A DNA stretch of 64,000 nt from Eledone cirrhosa (GCA_964016885.1 OZ024746.1:91574001-91638000); one strand, 5' to 3'; positions 39,090-52,771 are shown, numbered from the stretch's first letter. Numbers and translations are program-made. Notes: generated from the letters alone by a model not told the origin.

Positions 39090-39812
39090 GTCCAGAGAGG
39101 GTTAAGATAGTGGGTCATATATTCCCAGGTGGGTACAAAGAGGGTTAAGATAGTAGGGTATATATTGCCAGGTGGGTACAGAGAGGGTTAAGACAGTGGG
39201 GTATATATTCCCAAGTTGGTACAGAGAGGGTTAACACAGTAGGGTATATATCTCCAGGTTGGTATTGAGAGGGTTAAGACAGTAGGGTATATATTCCCAG
39301 GTTGGTACAGAGAGGGTTAAGATAGTGGGGTATATATTGCCAGGTTGGTAGAGAGAGGGTTAAGACAGTGAGGTATGTATTCCCAGGTGGGTACAGAGAG
39401 GGCTAACACAGTAGGGTATATATTCCCAGGTGGGTAGAGAGAGGGTTAACACAGTAGGGTATATATTCCCAGGTTGGTACAGAGAGGGTTAACACAGTGG
39501 GGTATATATTCCCAGGTTGGTACAGAAAGGGTTAACACAGTAGGGTATATATTCCCAGGTTGGTACAGAGAGGGTTAAGACAGTAGGGTATATATTCCCA
39601 GGGTGGTACAGTGAGGGTTAAGACAGTAGGGTATATATTCCCAGGGTGGTACAGAGAGGGTTAACACAGTAGGGTATATATTCCCAGGTTGGTATTGAGA
39701 GGGTTAACACAGTAGGGTATATATATTCCCAGGTTGGTAGAGAGAGGGTTAAGACAGTGGGGTATATATTCCCAGGTGGGTACAGAGAGGGTTAACACAG
39801 TGGGGTATATAT
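39090..39812. repeat. 41-bp minisatellite gagagggttaacacagtagggtatatattcccaggttggtaca, about 17 copies
   Basis: Direct reading. Confidence 0.95.
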
Positions 39813-40224
39813 TTGCAATCTTTTCAGCTTTACAATTTTTTAAAAAGGAAATTATTTGTGACATATTAATTAAGATTTTTTAACAACAGAAAATTAATTA
39901 AATTAATAATTAGCCAGAGTATCATATGTCAACAAACATGTGTAATTGTATAGAGTGTAGAATTGTTAAATCTCATACATACTTCACAACTGTTTGTATA
40001 TATTGAATAACACAGAGATTATCAAATATATACTGAAGTTGTATGACACTGAGTTTGAAAGTCTCTATAATAGGGTGTGATTTAAAGTATATTTGACATT
40101 TCTAACAGGTCAAGCAATCTCATACAGGCTCCACTCATTAGTTCACAATTAATCATCATCATCACTATTATGGAGTGTTATTAAAAAAAAATAGATAAAA
40201 GGCCCTGAAATCCTGATGGCATCA

Positions 40225-40395
40225 TTAATATTGTATTTTTACAGTAAAGACATTATCTCACATAATATCAAATCTATGAGATTTTAGAGAACAATACCAT
40301 AACATCAGTATGAGTGGCTAGTTACAGCCAGTTCGAACAGAAAGAGGTGAGAGAATTCTGAATGGATACAACCAGTTTAAATACTAAAGGGTTAA
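40225..40395 (-). mobile_element. Family P MITE
   Basis: Ends taaatactaaaggg-TTAA. Confidence 0.75.
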
Positions 40396-40672
40396 ACCTG
40401 GTGGAGCCCATCTCTCAACAGGTCAGAATACAGCTGATTTTTGCCAGAGAGAGGAGGGGGGGGGTAGATGAAAAGTTGATCCCAGTATTGAACTGGTATG
40501 TTATTTATCGGCCTCAAAAGGATGAAAGGTAATGTTTACCTCAGTAGGATTTGAACTTAGAGCAGAGTGAGCTGGAACCAAGATATTTTAAATCTGACAC
40601 CTTAACGAGTGTCAGTATGTTTTGTAGATCCTGTAAACTATTTAATGACTCAATATTATATATATCAGACCT

Positions 40673-40886
40673 TTTTTACGGGTGAGACCAACCAGTAGGA
40701 GACCCAGGGGTAGACCCTGAGCAACATGGTTGGATAACATCCATGAACTTGTCTGGTCCCACTTGGGGTTCCAGCTGGATCAGCTGGAGATGGTTGCTTC
40801 TCACAGGACCCAATAGAAGGAATGTTTGAGGATTCTGACCCCCCCCCACCCACAACCCTCTCAGAAATATGTGGATGAAGAAGAAG
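40673..40886 (+). mobile_element. 5'-truncated Expander-like RTE with (GAA)n tail and a TSD of about 19 bp
   Basis: RRPRGRP*ATWLDNIHELVWSHLGFQLDQLEMVA; flanked by aatatta(ta)tatatcagacct at 40652-40672 and 40887-40905. Confidence 0.8.
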
Positions 40887-41662
40887 AATATTATATATCA
40901 GACCTCAGAGGATGGAGAGGATACTTGGAAAGATAAATTGGCAGAATCAAGTTACTGAGTAAAGATGCAAACACGAAAATCATCTCAAATTAATTGTAAA
41001 TTGGTGAACACCTGTAATGAATAGCAGAAGTTTACAAGAAAAACAACGATAATTAGATAAGATACATACGTACCTGCTTAAAAGGTGAGTGAGGGTACAT
41101 AGAGCTCTGCATGTAAAAATACACATTACACTCTCTCTCTTTCACAGACATACACATACATTGGAGGTAGGGAGATGTGTGGTAGAGAGAGAGATAACAT
41201 TCAAGCACTGAGAATAAATGCATTGCCTATTAAGTTACCTGCCCATTGCTATAACATAATTAGCACCAGTAATATGGTAATATAATGAAACACATCCTGC
41301 TTCAAGGAAATTGAAACTAAATACATTTAAACACATGACTGTGTGATTACAACTTCACTTTACAACCATTTAGATCAGACTTTACTTCCATTATACAACA
41401 CATTTAGAAATGTCTTCTACTGCCTGATAAATTCCTTGTCAATGGAATTTAACTCTTGATGCCAAACCGTCTGAAACCACCCATCTTTCTATGACACAAA
41501 GCTGTTTAATTTAATGTGTTTGTATTTATCTAAAAACTTTCAATCATAGTTTTATGTAAGAATCTTTGTTAAGGTATGATCCTTAAGTTAGTTATATCAA
41601 CTAAATCTTTCCAAATTCTTGATACTTTCAAAATGATTTGAAAATTATAAGTCAAGTTTCTC

Positions 41663-43175
41663 ATTCATCATCATCATCGTTTTACGTCCATTTTTCCACG
41701 CTAGCATGGGTTAGACAGGTTGTCCTGTTGTGAGCAATACCAGGACAGGTGACCATGTCTTGCTCATTCGGAACTGATTCTAGCTTGGTTTCTACAGCTG
41801 GATGCCCTTCCTAACACCAACCTCATTTACATTGACTGCTAGATGCTTTTTTTACCGTGGCGCCTACACGACCACTTTACAGTGTGGACTGGGTGTTTTT
41901 CGTCATGACACCTTTTTATGCAGCTGTCATCCTTCATATGCATCACATGTCCATACCAACGCAACCTCCTCTCCTGCACACAGTATTTGATTCCTCTTAT
42001 GCTTAGTTTCTCTCTCAATTCATTTATGCTTTGCCGTTCGTATATATTACTATTATACACCCATCGAAGCATGCAAGCTTCATTTCTTTCTAATATATGC
42101 AAGACTTCCACAGACAGCGCCCAGGTCTTACAACCATGCAACATTGCTGTTCGTATGCACGCATCATACAGTCTGCCTTTCATTTTGAGGGAAAAGCCTT
42201 TTGCAGCTAGCAATGGTAGTAGCTCCCTGAACTTTTTCCATCCCGTTCTAACCCTAGTCACTGTACTTTCAGAACACCCACCTCCACTGCTAATTTGGTC
42301 ACCTAGGTCCCAGAGTTTTGTAGTGCTTGTTTCCTGTGGCTGTTTGCTGCTTACTGTCCAGGTGCAACTGCTACATGTAAAGCCTACATTCTGAACTAAA
42401 CTTCCTGAGATCCCACTACATCTCTTGTGTACCCAAAGTTTGCATTTGGTGCAAGGATGGAAATCCTACCTACACCTTTCCTACATACCGAGCAAGGCCA
42501 TTTCCCTGAGGGGATCTGGGTTCTGTTTTCTCGTCTACTTATGAGGACCTTAGTCTTTGTTGGGTTGACTTTAGATTCAGCTATAAGTGTAAGATCGTAC
42601 AGAAGTTCCCATGGGCATCTGGTCTTAAACTCCTGTTATAGCCTGCAATACGATAAACAGAAAAGGGCTAAGAACAGGGCCCTGGTGGACACCGACCTAT
42701 ATGCTGAATTCCGAGCTATAGTCATTGTTAACCCTAACTTTGGTGACTGCTCCCCTATACATGGCTTGTAGAGCCTTTACAAGCCATTCATCTACTCCTA
42801 GTTTTCTAAGAGCCCACCAGATTATAGCACGGGGCACTCTGTCGAAGGCTTTTTCCAGATCGACAGGCTTACTTTTAGCTAGGTACTTTTCCTGTAACTG
42901 CCTCACAAGGAAGAGAGCATCAGTGGTGCTTTTGCCTGGCACAAACCCAAACAGTATCTCATCTAGTTTTACCCAGTCCCTAATCAGCTGTGCTATAACT
43001 CTGTTACTTTCATAACCTGGTCCATCCGCTTCATACCTCTATAATTTCCTCTATCTAGTGCATATCCTTTACCCTTGTAGCAGTTGACAATGATGCTGCT
43101 GCGCCAATCCTTTGGTATAACATCCTCTAGTATTACGTGTGGTTATTGTATGACCTACCAACCCAGATGCTTTCA
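41663..43175 (-). mobile_element. Degraded RTE LINE (same family as 5766-8950) with internal deletions
   Basis: Minus-strand PGKSTTDALFLVRQLQEKYLAKSK, DLEKAFDRV, RVRTGWKKFRELLP; (CAT)n tail at 41663. Confidence 0.95.
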
Positions 43176-43329
43176 GCATGAGAAATATGGCGAAGAGCTC
43201 CTCAAAAGTTGTGTTATAGTAAAGTATATAAACATTCTGCCTTACTGGCCTGTCACAGCCATGCTAGCAAATGTCAACATGTCCCAACAACGTAAGACAT
43301 AAGGACATTTATTTCTTTATTACGTACAC

Positions 43330-43600
43330 TTTTATTCTTTTACTGGTTTCAATCATAAGACAGTGGCCATGCTGGATCACTGTTCTGATTTAGTAAACAG
43401 ACACACACGACACGCATTTGTGCGTGCGCACACACACACACACAGGCTTCTTCAGTGTCCATCTACTAAATTTCACTCACAAAAAAACATTGGTTAACTT
43501 GAAGCTATAGTAAAAGACAAGTGGCCAAGATATTGTGCAGCAGAGCTAAAGCCAGAACTGTGTGAGCTTGCCAACTCCTTCAACCATGCAGCTATGCCTG
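43330..43600 (-). mobile_element. Third SINE family (CORE-like), with related copies at 41330-41450, 48325-48480 and 58748-58880
   Basis: Shared (a)ccttgggcaagt..ctactatagc...gagtgaaatttggtaga followed by (GT)n. Confidence 0.6.
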
Positions 43601-44002
43601 ACACTATTCAAAGTATATTCAAGAGTTTATACATTCAGTATATTTCTTTCACACAAACACTGGTCATATATAATAACAGCTCTTCCTAACTGTTAATTAG
43701 TTATTGATCACTCACAGAAAAGGAACTAAGTTATGCCTTGTGAAGTACATGTGACAATTTACAACACACACAAAAAAACAAAAAAACAAGGAAAGCGACT
43801 GAATACAGGACTCAATACAATGTTGTGGGGCTAAAATATAAATTGGCTGTGAAACGATTGTTTTGCAAATATTGGTATATTATAACTGCCTGAAGAGTTG
43901 ACAGGTGGCAACATTTGAGGAAGAGAGAAAAGTGTGTGTGTGCGCACCACCTCGCCCACTCTCATACATCCCCCATGAGGACAGGCTGACATATACATCC
44001 AG

Positions 44003-44398
44003 TGAAGAGAGAGGGGAGAGGGGAGAGGGGAGAGAGGAGGGAGAGGGGAGAGAGGGGGGATGGGAGAGGGGGAGAGAGGGGGAGCGGGGGGAGAGAGGGG
44101 GGAGAGGGGGGAGAGGGGGAGGGGGAGAGGGGAGACGGGAGAGAGTGGGAGAGGGGAGAGAGGGGGAGAGAGAGGGGAGAGAGGAGGGGAGAGAGGGGGA
44201 GAGGGGAGAGAGAGGGGGAGAGGGGATGAGAGAGGGAGAGAGAGGGGAGAGAGGGGGAGATGGAGAGAGGGGGGAGATGGAGAGATATGGGGAGAGGGGG
44301 AGAGAGGGGGAGAGGGAGGGAGGGAGGGAGGGAGGGAGGGAGGGAGGGAGGGAGGGAGGGAGGGAGGGAGGGAGGGAGGGAGGGAGGGATAGAGAGAG
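44003..44398. repeat. G-rich polypurine tract ending in (GGGA)n
   Basis: Direct reading. Confidence 0.93.
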
Positions 44399-44404
44399 GA
44401 TAGC

Positions 44405-44718
44405 AGCAAGAGGAGAGAAAAAAAATATAAGAGGAATTAGAAGGAATGTATAAAAGAGAAGGGTGTAATGACATGGGATGCACATGGATTGTGACTGATA
44501 GGTGAAGAAGTGCCAAGAAATTTTAGTGGAAAGAAGCAGCAGTAGAGAAAGGCCAAGGAAGACCTGGGTGGAAGTGGTGAGAGTTGACCTCAAATTGCTG
44601 AAACTCACAGTGAGGGGTGATAAGGATCACATGTGGAGTGACGCTCTGCTGAAAAAGGACCTGTCCAACCCATGCAAGCGCGGAAAAATGGATGTAAAAG
44701 CGATGATGATGATGACGA
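44405..44718 (+). mobile_element. Diverged RTE 3' fragment with (GAT)n tail
   Basis: NIRGIRRNV..VKKCQEILVERSSSRERPRKTWVEVVRVDLKLLKL. Confidence 0.85.
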
Positions 44719-44779
44719 CGATATATATATATATATATACGATATTAACAAATGGAAACTATATTTATAAAACTATATT

Positions 44780-44844
44780 TATTTCATTATACATATTTCA
44801 AGGACACCAAGTTAAATTATGGTGTGCTTTCATCAGATAAAATA
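44780..44844 (-). ncRNA. Minimal type I hammerhead ribozyme
   Basis: Reverse complement of 44992-45056. Confidence 0.85.
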
Positions 44845-44991
44845 TAGAGCAGTTTTATAAATAAATATTGACATACCCTTAAAGAATGCAACCATTACTG
44901 TTGGAAGCTCTCGGATAGAGGAGCTTCCAACAGTAATGGTTGCATTCTTTAAGGGTATGTCAATATTTATTTATAAAACTGCTCTATATTA

Positions 44992-45056
44992 TATTTTATC
45001 TGATGAAAGCACACCATAATTTAACTTGGTGTCCTTGAAATATGTATAATGAAATA
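44992..45056 (+). ncRNA. Minimal type I hammerhead ribozyme
   Basis: tattttat-CTGATGA-aagcacacca...tggtgtcctt-GAAA-tatgta-TA|atgaaata. Confidence 0.85.
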
Positions 45057-45186
45057 AATATAGTTTTATAAATATAGTTTCCATTTGTTAATATCGTATT
45101 TTTACTCCAATTATTTGTTGAGTGCTTTATATCAGTTATAAAAATATTTGCTTGTTGTATCCCAACAATTTAAATAGAACTTTTAC

Positions 45187-45224
<38 letters not shown>

Positions 45225-45225
45225 C

Positions 45226-45379
45226 AGTTCCGGGTTCAATTGGGGTTAACCACACTAAAGTACTCAACACATTAGTAGATTATATACAAAATTTAATACA
45301 TTAATGGTTTCTACAGGACTAGAACTGTTTCATTCAAAGGAAACATCAGGAAAAACCTGACTTCCTTCGAATGAAACAG

Positions 45380-45382
<3 letters not shown>
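45226..45382. mobile_element. Degenerate fold-back element of the 19623-19803 family
   Basis: Shares ttccgggtt...taaccac...gtactcaa and ttctacaggactagaactgtttcattc; the core has lost a base (CTGATG-ttt). Confidence 0.7.
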
Positions 45383-45418
<36 letters not shown>

Positions 45419-45466
45419 ACACACACAAATATGATATAATTACACTAGCCTCACTAAATGGAGGTG

Positions 45467-45499
<33 letters not shown>

Positions 45500-45983
45500 G
45501 CTCTTTACTATCAAATTACTTTCATACATAAAATCAACATAGAGAATGTTTACACATGATCAAGTAAAAAAACTGGGATGTTTTTTCTATTTTAGCAAAA
45601 GAAATAGGATTCCAGCTGACAACACAGTAGTGAGAAGAACTGGCAGGGCTTCTACTATCAGGAACCATTTCACAGACATTTGAAAAAAGTGTGTGGGTGT
45701 ATATATGGGAGGAAAGGGCCCAGAAGGTGAAGATTTGGCAAGGAATTTGTTAAGATTCCATTCAATAAGGTGTGTGTATGTGTGTGTGTGTACACATATA
45801 TTACGTTATACACATGGATACACACTCACACAAACACATAAGGATATATATGTAGAAGTTCTATTTAAATTGTTGGGATACAACAAGCAAATATTTTTAT
45901 AACTGATATAAAGCACTCAACAAATTTTTGGAGTAAAAATACAATATATTAATAAATGGAAACTATATTTATAAAACTATATT

Positions 45984-46048
45984 TATTTCATTATACATAT
46001 TTCAAGGACACTAAAGTAAATTATGGTGCGCTTTCATCAGATAAAATA
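45984..46048 (-). ncRNA. Minimal type I hammerhead ribozyme (element 45850-46156, second arm cut by a SINE)
   Basis: Same family as 16979 and 44992. Confidence 0.8.
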
Positions 46049-46156
46049 TAATATAGATCAGTTTTATAACCAAATATTGACATACCCTTAAAAGAATGCG
46101 ACCATGTCTGTTATAAAACTGATCTATATTATATTTTATCTGATGAAAGCGCACCG

Positions 46157-46563
46157 GCTGACCTTGTCTTGCTCATACGGGAACTGATTCTGGCTTGATT
46201 TCTACAGCTGGATGCCCTTCCTAACACCAACCTCATTTACAGTGAGTACTGGGTGCTTTTTTTCCATGGCGCCTGCCTACATGTCCACTTTACAGTGTGG
46301 GCTGAGTGCTTTTTTGCCATGGCACCTCCACGACCACTTTACAGTGTGGGCTGAGTGCTTTTTTGCCATGGCACCTCCACGACCACTTTGCAGTGGAATG
46401 ATAGGGACCCCAGTCCCTATCATCTCATTTCTACAGCTGAGTAAACTGGAGCAATGTGAAATAAAGTGTCTTGCTCAAGGAAACAACACATCACCCGGTC
46501 CGAGAATTGAACTCACAACCTTTCGATTGCAAGCCCAATGTTCTAACCACTAAGCCATGCGTC
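46157..46563 (-). mobile_element. SINE family A with an internal duplication of about 41 bp
   Basis: Match to 12213-12641. Confidence 0.88.
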
Positions 46564-46970
46564 TTCATCATCATCATATATAGATACACACAAATGAAAT
46601 GAATGAAAACATGAAATATGTTATAATTTTGTTTCTCAAAAAACAAGCCCAATAGACATCCCAAGCCAAAATAAATCAAATGAAAAAGATGTACAATTCC
46701 ACTTTGAGTATATATATATTCTCCTACGATGTATCTAGCATATATATACTGTGTTTTCTTTATGATATATGGTTATATATATATCCAATAAATATATATA
46801 CACACACACATATAAATATATTCATACGTGATGTAAAAAAAAACATACATGTATCTGCAGATGTTTAATTTTCTGAGGAAATCCAAACTAGTAAAATATA
46901 GACACTTTTCCTCTTGTCTCTATTATATTTATTATCATTATTATGATTACATTTCCCTCGTTCTGTGTCT

Positions 46971-47115
46971 AAAGAAAAAATCTGTATTGAAACAATTGTA
47001 AGGATTAAATCATATAAGAACTTATTTCTATCATCTTTATATATAAGATGACAGAAATAGAAATAAGTTCTTATATGATTTAATCCTTACAATTGTTTCA
47101 ATACAGATTTTTCTT
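46971..47115. repeat. Palindrome (about 60-bp arms) with a degenerate hammerhead (GAAA-caattg-TA)
   Basis: aagaaaaaatctgtattgaaacaattgtaagg... / ...ccttacaattgtttcaatacagattttttctt; abuts (TA)n. Confidence 0.75.
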
Positions 47116-47129
47116 CTTTATATATATAT

Positions 47130-47165
<36 letters not shown>

Positions 47166-47250
47166 GTTAAATCTTAGACGGGAACAAAAACAAAGAGGCA
47201 GTACAAATATGAGTTTATTAGGTTCACGCTTTTGAGAGTGGGGGAGGAAC

Positions 47251-47282
47251 GGCGTTTCAGGCATAAGCCCTTCATCAGGAGA
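47251..47282 (-). ncRNA. Degenerate hammerhead core (extra-A type), related copy at 61771-61803 (+)
   Basis: CTGATGA-a-gggc ttat gcct-GAAA-cg; cleavage triplet and stem I not intact. Confidence 0.45.
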
Positions 47283-47900
47283 AAAGTGGGTAGGAAGAGG
47301 GTTCCGAGAGTGTGTGAGGGAGTGGTGGAAAGACATTTAGAAAAAAGGGGGCAGGAGAGAAAAGGGAGGAAAAACGATTTTAGAAGTACAAATAAATATA
47401 AAAATAAAAATAAACAAGTGGTGGAAGGGTATGAGGCATGTAGGGGTGGTGACGGGCGGGGTTGGGAGAGGATACAAGTGGAAGCTTATTATAATCAAAG
47501 CTTTGGCTGTGGCCAAGCTAACGACCTATAATTAGGAATGAGCAGAAAAGCACTCAATAAGGTTGCAGGCCTTAGAGTAATAACATACGTTTAGACAGCT
47601 TGACAAATTGAAAATTGTGGCAGGTAGACCTAGCCACACAATACCAAAAACAACGGAAAAACTAACCAGGCCAGACAACTGACCTGGACATATCGAACGA
47701 TATTTTGCAATACGTCCGATAGGTTTCTATGAAATCGAAATCATCCATCCAACTTACGTAATATGTAAGCCTGTGGTATTCCATGATCGAACAGATTATA
47801 TATTTATATATATATATATATAGTGTGTGTGAAGAAATATATTAGCTTAACGCTTGATATAGTAGGAAAAGAGTGTTTACATTTCAGACAAGTCCTTCAT

Positions 47901-48308
<408 letters not shown>

Positions 48309-48624
48309 TAAGTAATGTTATATAGCACACATAATTGGTCAAGATGTACACTTCATAATTATGTATTTTCAAGTTCAATTCCACTGCATACCTTGGGCAA
48401 GTATTTCTACTCTAATTTTGGATTGCTCAATACCATACTAGAAGGATTTGGTAGACAGAAATTGTGCAAAAGTCTTTCATATACGCATGTGTATATGAGA
48501 AAGTTAAGGAGCCGAAAGGCAGGGGCTGATACACCTACAGAGTTACTTCCTCACAAGACATTGGCTCCACTTACAGACACTGAATACATCCTCAACACAG
48601 ATCTCTATTTACCAAACATATGAG

Positions 48625-48911
48625 AAGACCCAACCCCCCATGGGTACAAGCCGAAGCTGAAGCATATAGACAATATGCCCCCACACCCTCCCACTGTAAA
48701 GTAGTCGTGGAGGTGCCACAGCAAAAAAGCACCCAGCACTCACTGTAAATGAGGTTGGTGTTAGGAAGGGCATCCAGCTGTAGAAATCAAGCCAGAATCA
48801 GTTCCCGTGTGAGCAAGACAAGGTCAGCCGACCGGACACTGCCCACAACAGGACAACCCGTCTAACCCATGCTAGCGTGGAAGAACGGACGTAAAACGGT
48901 GATGATGATGA
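48625..48911 (+). mobile_element. 5'-truncated RTE (3' UTR and tail)
   Basis: Matches 8615-8945. Confidence 0.9.
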
Positions 48912-48921
48912 TATGACAAAC

Positions 48922-49090
48922 TTAACCCTTTACATTACTCTATATATACTATTATATTTTCATGGTAAAGACTTTATCTTACATAATTATCTCACATAAT
49001 ATTGAATCTATGAGATTTTGATGTTATTTATTTTGAGAATACCTTAATGTCAGTATGAGTGGCTAGTTATGGCTGGTTTAAATGGGTTAA
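48922..49090 (-). mobile_element. Internally deleted family P MITE
   Basis: TTAA-cccttt...ggg-TTAA; gttaaggagccgaaa also occurs at 48503. Confidence 0.7.
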
Positions 49091-49489
49091 GGAGCCGAAA
49101 CACAGTGGAAGAGGCTGACACAGCTACAGAGTTTCTTCACCACCTGATGAGATAGATCTCTAGCAAGCAGACAAGGATATTGAACCCAGGACCTGATGGT
49201 TGTGAAATGCACTTGTTAACCACTGAGTCATGCAGATGAATTCACCATATGTTCCATTAGTGTATCAAAGGGATTTATTGGGGAGAGAGGGAGTATCACC
49301 AACCCCTATCTAAAAAGAAAGGAATGTAAAGTGGGAGACTATAGGACAATATGATCTGGTCCCTAAAAAGGCAGAGTAAGTTATGGGTAGGGTACAGTGA
49401 TAACAGTAGTTGTGAATAATCAGTGATAGTGAGGTGTACATTACTGGTTTTGTTAATGGCTACTATGACAATGATAGTGATGATTGTGC

Positions 49490-51372
49490 TGATACCAGTA
49501 ATACTGTGAGGGTGGTGGTGATACCAGTAATATTGTGATGGTGGTGGTGATACCAGTAATACAATGGTAGTGGTGATGGTGGTGGTGGTGATAGTAGTAG
49601 TAGTGGTGGTGTTGGTGATAATAGTAGTAGTAGTGGTGGTGGTGTTGGTGATAATAGTAGTAGTAGTGGTGGTGGTGGTGGTGGTGATAGTAGTAGTAGT
49701 AGTGGTGGTGGTGATAATAGTAGTAGTAGTAGTGGTGGTGGTGTTGGTGATAATAGTAGTAGTAGTAGTGGTGGTGGTGTTGGTGATAATAGTAGTAGTA
49801 GTAGTGGTGGTGGTGTTGGTGGTGATAATAGTAGTAGTAGTGGTGGTGGTGGTGGTGATAGTAGTAGTAGTAGTGGTGGTGGTGATAATAGTAGTAGTAG
49901 TGGTGGTGGTGGTGATAATAGTAGTAGTAGTGGTGGTGGTGGTGATAATAGTAGTAGTAGTGGTGGTGGTGGTGATAATAGTAGTAGTAGTAGTGGTGGT
50001 GGTGATAATAGTAGTAGTAGTGGTGGTGGTGGTGATAATACTAGTAGTAGTGGTGGTGGTGGTGATAATAGTAGTAGTAGTGGTGGTGGTGGTGATAATA
50101 GTAGTAGTAGTGGTGGTGGTGATAATAGTAGTAGTAGTAGTGGTGGTGGTGTTGGTGGTGATAATAGTAGTAGTAGTGGTGGTGGTGGTGGTGGTGATAG
50201 TAGTAGTAGTGGTGGTGGTGGTGATAATAATAGTAGTAGTGGTGGTGGTGGTGGTGATAATAGTAGTAGTAGTAGTGGTGGTGGTGTTGGTGGTGATAAT
50301 AGTAGTAGTAGTGGTGGTGGTGGTGGTGGTGATAGTAGTAGTAGTAGTGGTGGTGGTGATAATAGTAGTAGTAGTGGTGGTGGTGGTGGTGATAATAGTA
50401 GTAGTAGTGGTGGTGGTGGTGTTGGTGATAATAGTAGTAGTAGTAGTGGTGGTGGTGTTGGTGGTGATAATAGTAGTAGTAGTGGTGGTGGTGGTGGTGG
50501 TGATAGTAGTAGTAGTAGTGGTGGTGGTGATAATAGTAGTAGTAGTAGTGGTGGTGGTGATAATAGTAGTAGTAGTGGTGGTGGTGGTGATAATAGTAGT
50601 AGTGGTGGTGGTAGTGTTGGTGATAATAGTAGTAGTAGTGGTGGTGGTGGTGGTGATAATAGTAGTAGTCGTGGTGGTGGTAGTGTTGGTGATAATAATA
50701 GTAGTAGTGGTGGTGGTGGTAGTGTTGGTGATAATAATAGTAGTAGTGGTGGTGGTGGTGGTGGTAGTGTTGGTGATAATAGTAGTAGTAGTGGTGGTGG
50801 TGGTGGTGATAATAGTAGTAGTGGTGGTGGTGGTAGTGTTGGTGATAATAATAGTAGTAGTGGTGGTGGTGGTGGTGGTAGTGTTGGTGATAATAGTAGT
50901 AGTAGTGGTGGTGGTGGTGTTGGTGATAATAGTAGTAGTAGTGGTGGTGGTGTTGGTGATAATAGTAGTAGTAGTGGTGGTGGAGTTGGTGATAATAGTA
51001 GTAGTAGTGGTGGTGGTGTTGGTGATAATAGTAGTAGTAGTGGTGGTGGTGTTGGTGATAATAGTAGTAGTAGTGGTGGTGGTGTTGGTGATAATAGTAG
51101 TAGTAGTAGTGGTGGTGTTGGTGATAATAGTAGTAGTAGTGGTGGTGTTGGTGATAATAGTAGTAGTAGTGGTGGTGGTGGTGGTGGTGATAATAGTAGT
51201 AGTAGTAGTGGTGGTGGTGGTGATAATAGTAGTAGTAGTAGTGGTGGTGGTGTTGGTGATAATAGTAGTAGTAGTAGTGGTGGTGGTGGTGTTGGTGATA
51301 ATAGTAGTAGTGGTGGTGGTGATAATAGTAGTTGTGGTGGTGGTGATAGTAGTAGTAGTAGTAATGGTGGTG
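49490..51372. repeat. Compound trinucleotide satellite [gata(ata)(GTA)n(GTG)n], units of about 30 bp
   Basis: Direct reading. Confidence 0.97.
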
Positions 51373-51516
51373 AAAGGGGCGGCGGTGGTGTTGAAGGGGG
51401 AAATGGTGGTGGTCTATTTTCAGAAAGTTCACAGGAAGTAAACGGAAATAAAACAAATAGGAAGGGTAGTTGGTAAAACAGAGCAATACCAGGTCGGTTC
51501 TCTCCCAGTAGATATA

Positions 51517-51862
51517 CAGTGTGTTCGATATACAGTGTGTTCGATATACAGTGTGTTCGATCTTTACGCGAAGATGTGTTCATAAACGCGACATGTAAAG
51601 CAAATTCGCGTATTTCTGATGAATAAAAAAAAAAGTAAAAACCACTCGCGTTATTCGCGCAAAGTGAATATTTAATAATTGTTTCTACTATTGGCACAAG
51701 GCCAGCAATTATTCCAGTGTATTACTGGTACTGTACTTTATTTTATCGACCCCGTAAGGATGAAAGGCAAAGTTAACCTTGGCGAATATTTAATAATATT
51801 CTTTCAAAGGGCGTTAAAGCGAATTCGCGTTCTTCAAGTTCGCGTAATAAGTGAACAGACTG
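51517..51862. mobile_element. Tc1/mariner-like MITE with a triplicated left end and a nested SINE B fragment
   Basis: TA-cagtgtgttc...gaacagactg termini; the SINE at 51674-51784 is flanked by a gaatatttaata(at) TSD; related copy at 38540-38735. Confidence 0.65.
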
Positions 51863-52096
51863 CTTATATATACTTCCCTCCGAGATATATGATATAAATA
51901 CAAAGTATATACACGCATGACCAAAAGCTAAAAAAAAGGTTGAAATCCACAAAAGAAATAAAGAACTACCACACCACGTACAACCTACTCGCGGAATATG
52001 TGCATGCGTGCGCGTTAGATACACATGCACGCGTTTATTTAGAATTTAGTGTAATCGTAAAGACCTTTGTTTGGAAACATTTTAAAGTTATATAAC

Positions 52097-52154
<58 letters not shown>

Positions 52155-52156
<2 letters not shown>

Positions 52157-52342
52157 CGAAGGCAATGTGGTAAGGAACCAGATGGACCATAACGCACCAA
52201 AGTATTCAATACTTAGGGTAGTAGAGTGGGTAATAGGAACGAGTAGGACCCCGACGGCTGAGCTCAAGCCGTTTCGACGGCTAATTCTGGACTAGCCACG
52301 AAACGGCTTGAGCTCAGCCGTCGGGGTCCTACTCGTTCCTAT
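52155..52342. mobile_element. Fold-back element retaining a hammerhead 3' half (GAAA-cggc..gccg-TC); related fragment at 4268-4365
   Basis: Arms 52233-52342; tail with agtattcaat; (TA)n on both flanks. Confidence 0.65.
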
Positions 52343-52510
52343 ATATATATATATATATATATTTCCGTTTTTGTTTCGTTCGATTCAATATCAACCCACT
52401 CAGAAATATATATATATATTTATATAATAAATTGATATAAATAAATATATACACCGCACGTTTCTTCATATATATATATATCTATATATATATATATGTG
52501 GGGGGGGGGC

Positions 52511-52552
<42 letters not shown>

Positions 52553-52554
52553 GA

Positions 52555-52735
52555 TATATCAACAAATGGAAACTGTATTTATAAAACCATATTTATTTCA
52601 TTATACATATTTCAAGGGCACCAACTTAAATTATTTGTTAATATATCGTATTTTTACGCCAATAATTTGTTGAGTGCTTTATATCAGTTATAAAAATATT
52701 TGCTTGTTGTATCCCAACAATTTAAATAGAACTAC

Positions 52736-52737
<2 letters not shown>
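52555..52737. mobile_element. Internally deleted copy of the 44737-45190 fold-back family
   Basis: Left arm joined directly to the tail sequence. Confidence 0.7.

Positions 52738-52771
<34 letters not shown>

Larger units (their letters stand above)
44737..45190. mobile_element. Fold-back pLTR-like element with two inverted hammerheads and a one-sided tail
   Basis: About 175-bp near-perfect arms 44737-45099; tail 45100-45190; (TA)n on both flanks. Confidence 0.8.

Noticed and set aside
49463-51697. ORFs of 744, 625 and 481 aa (poly-P/L, poly-V, poly-H/Y)
   Set aside because: Translations of a trinucleotide satellite that is open in several frames on both strands; no domain content
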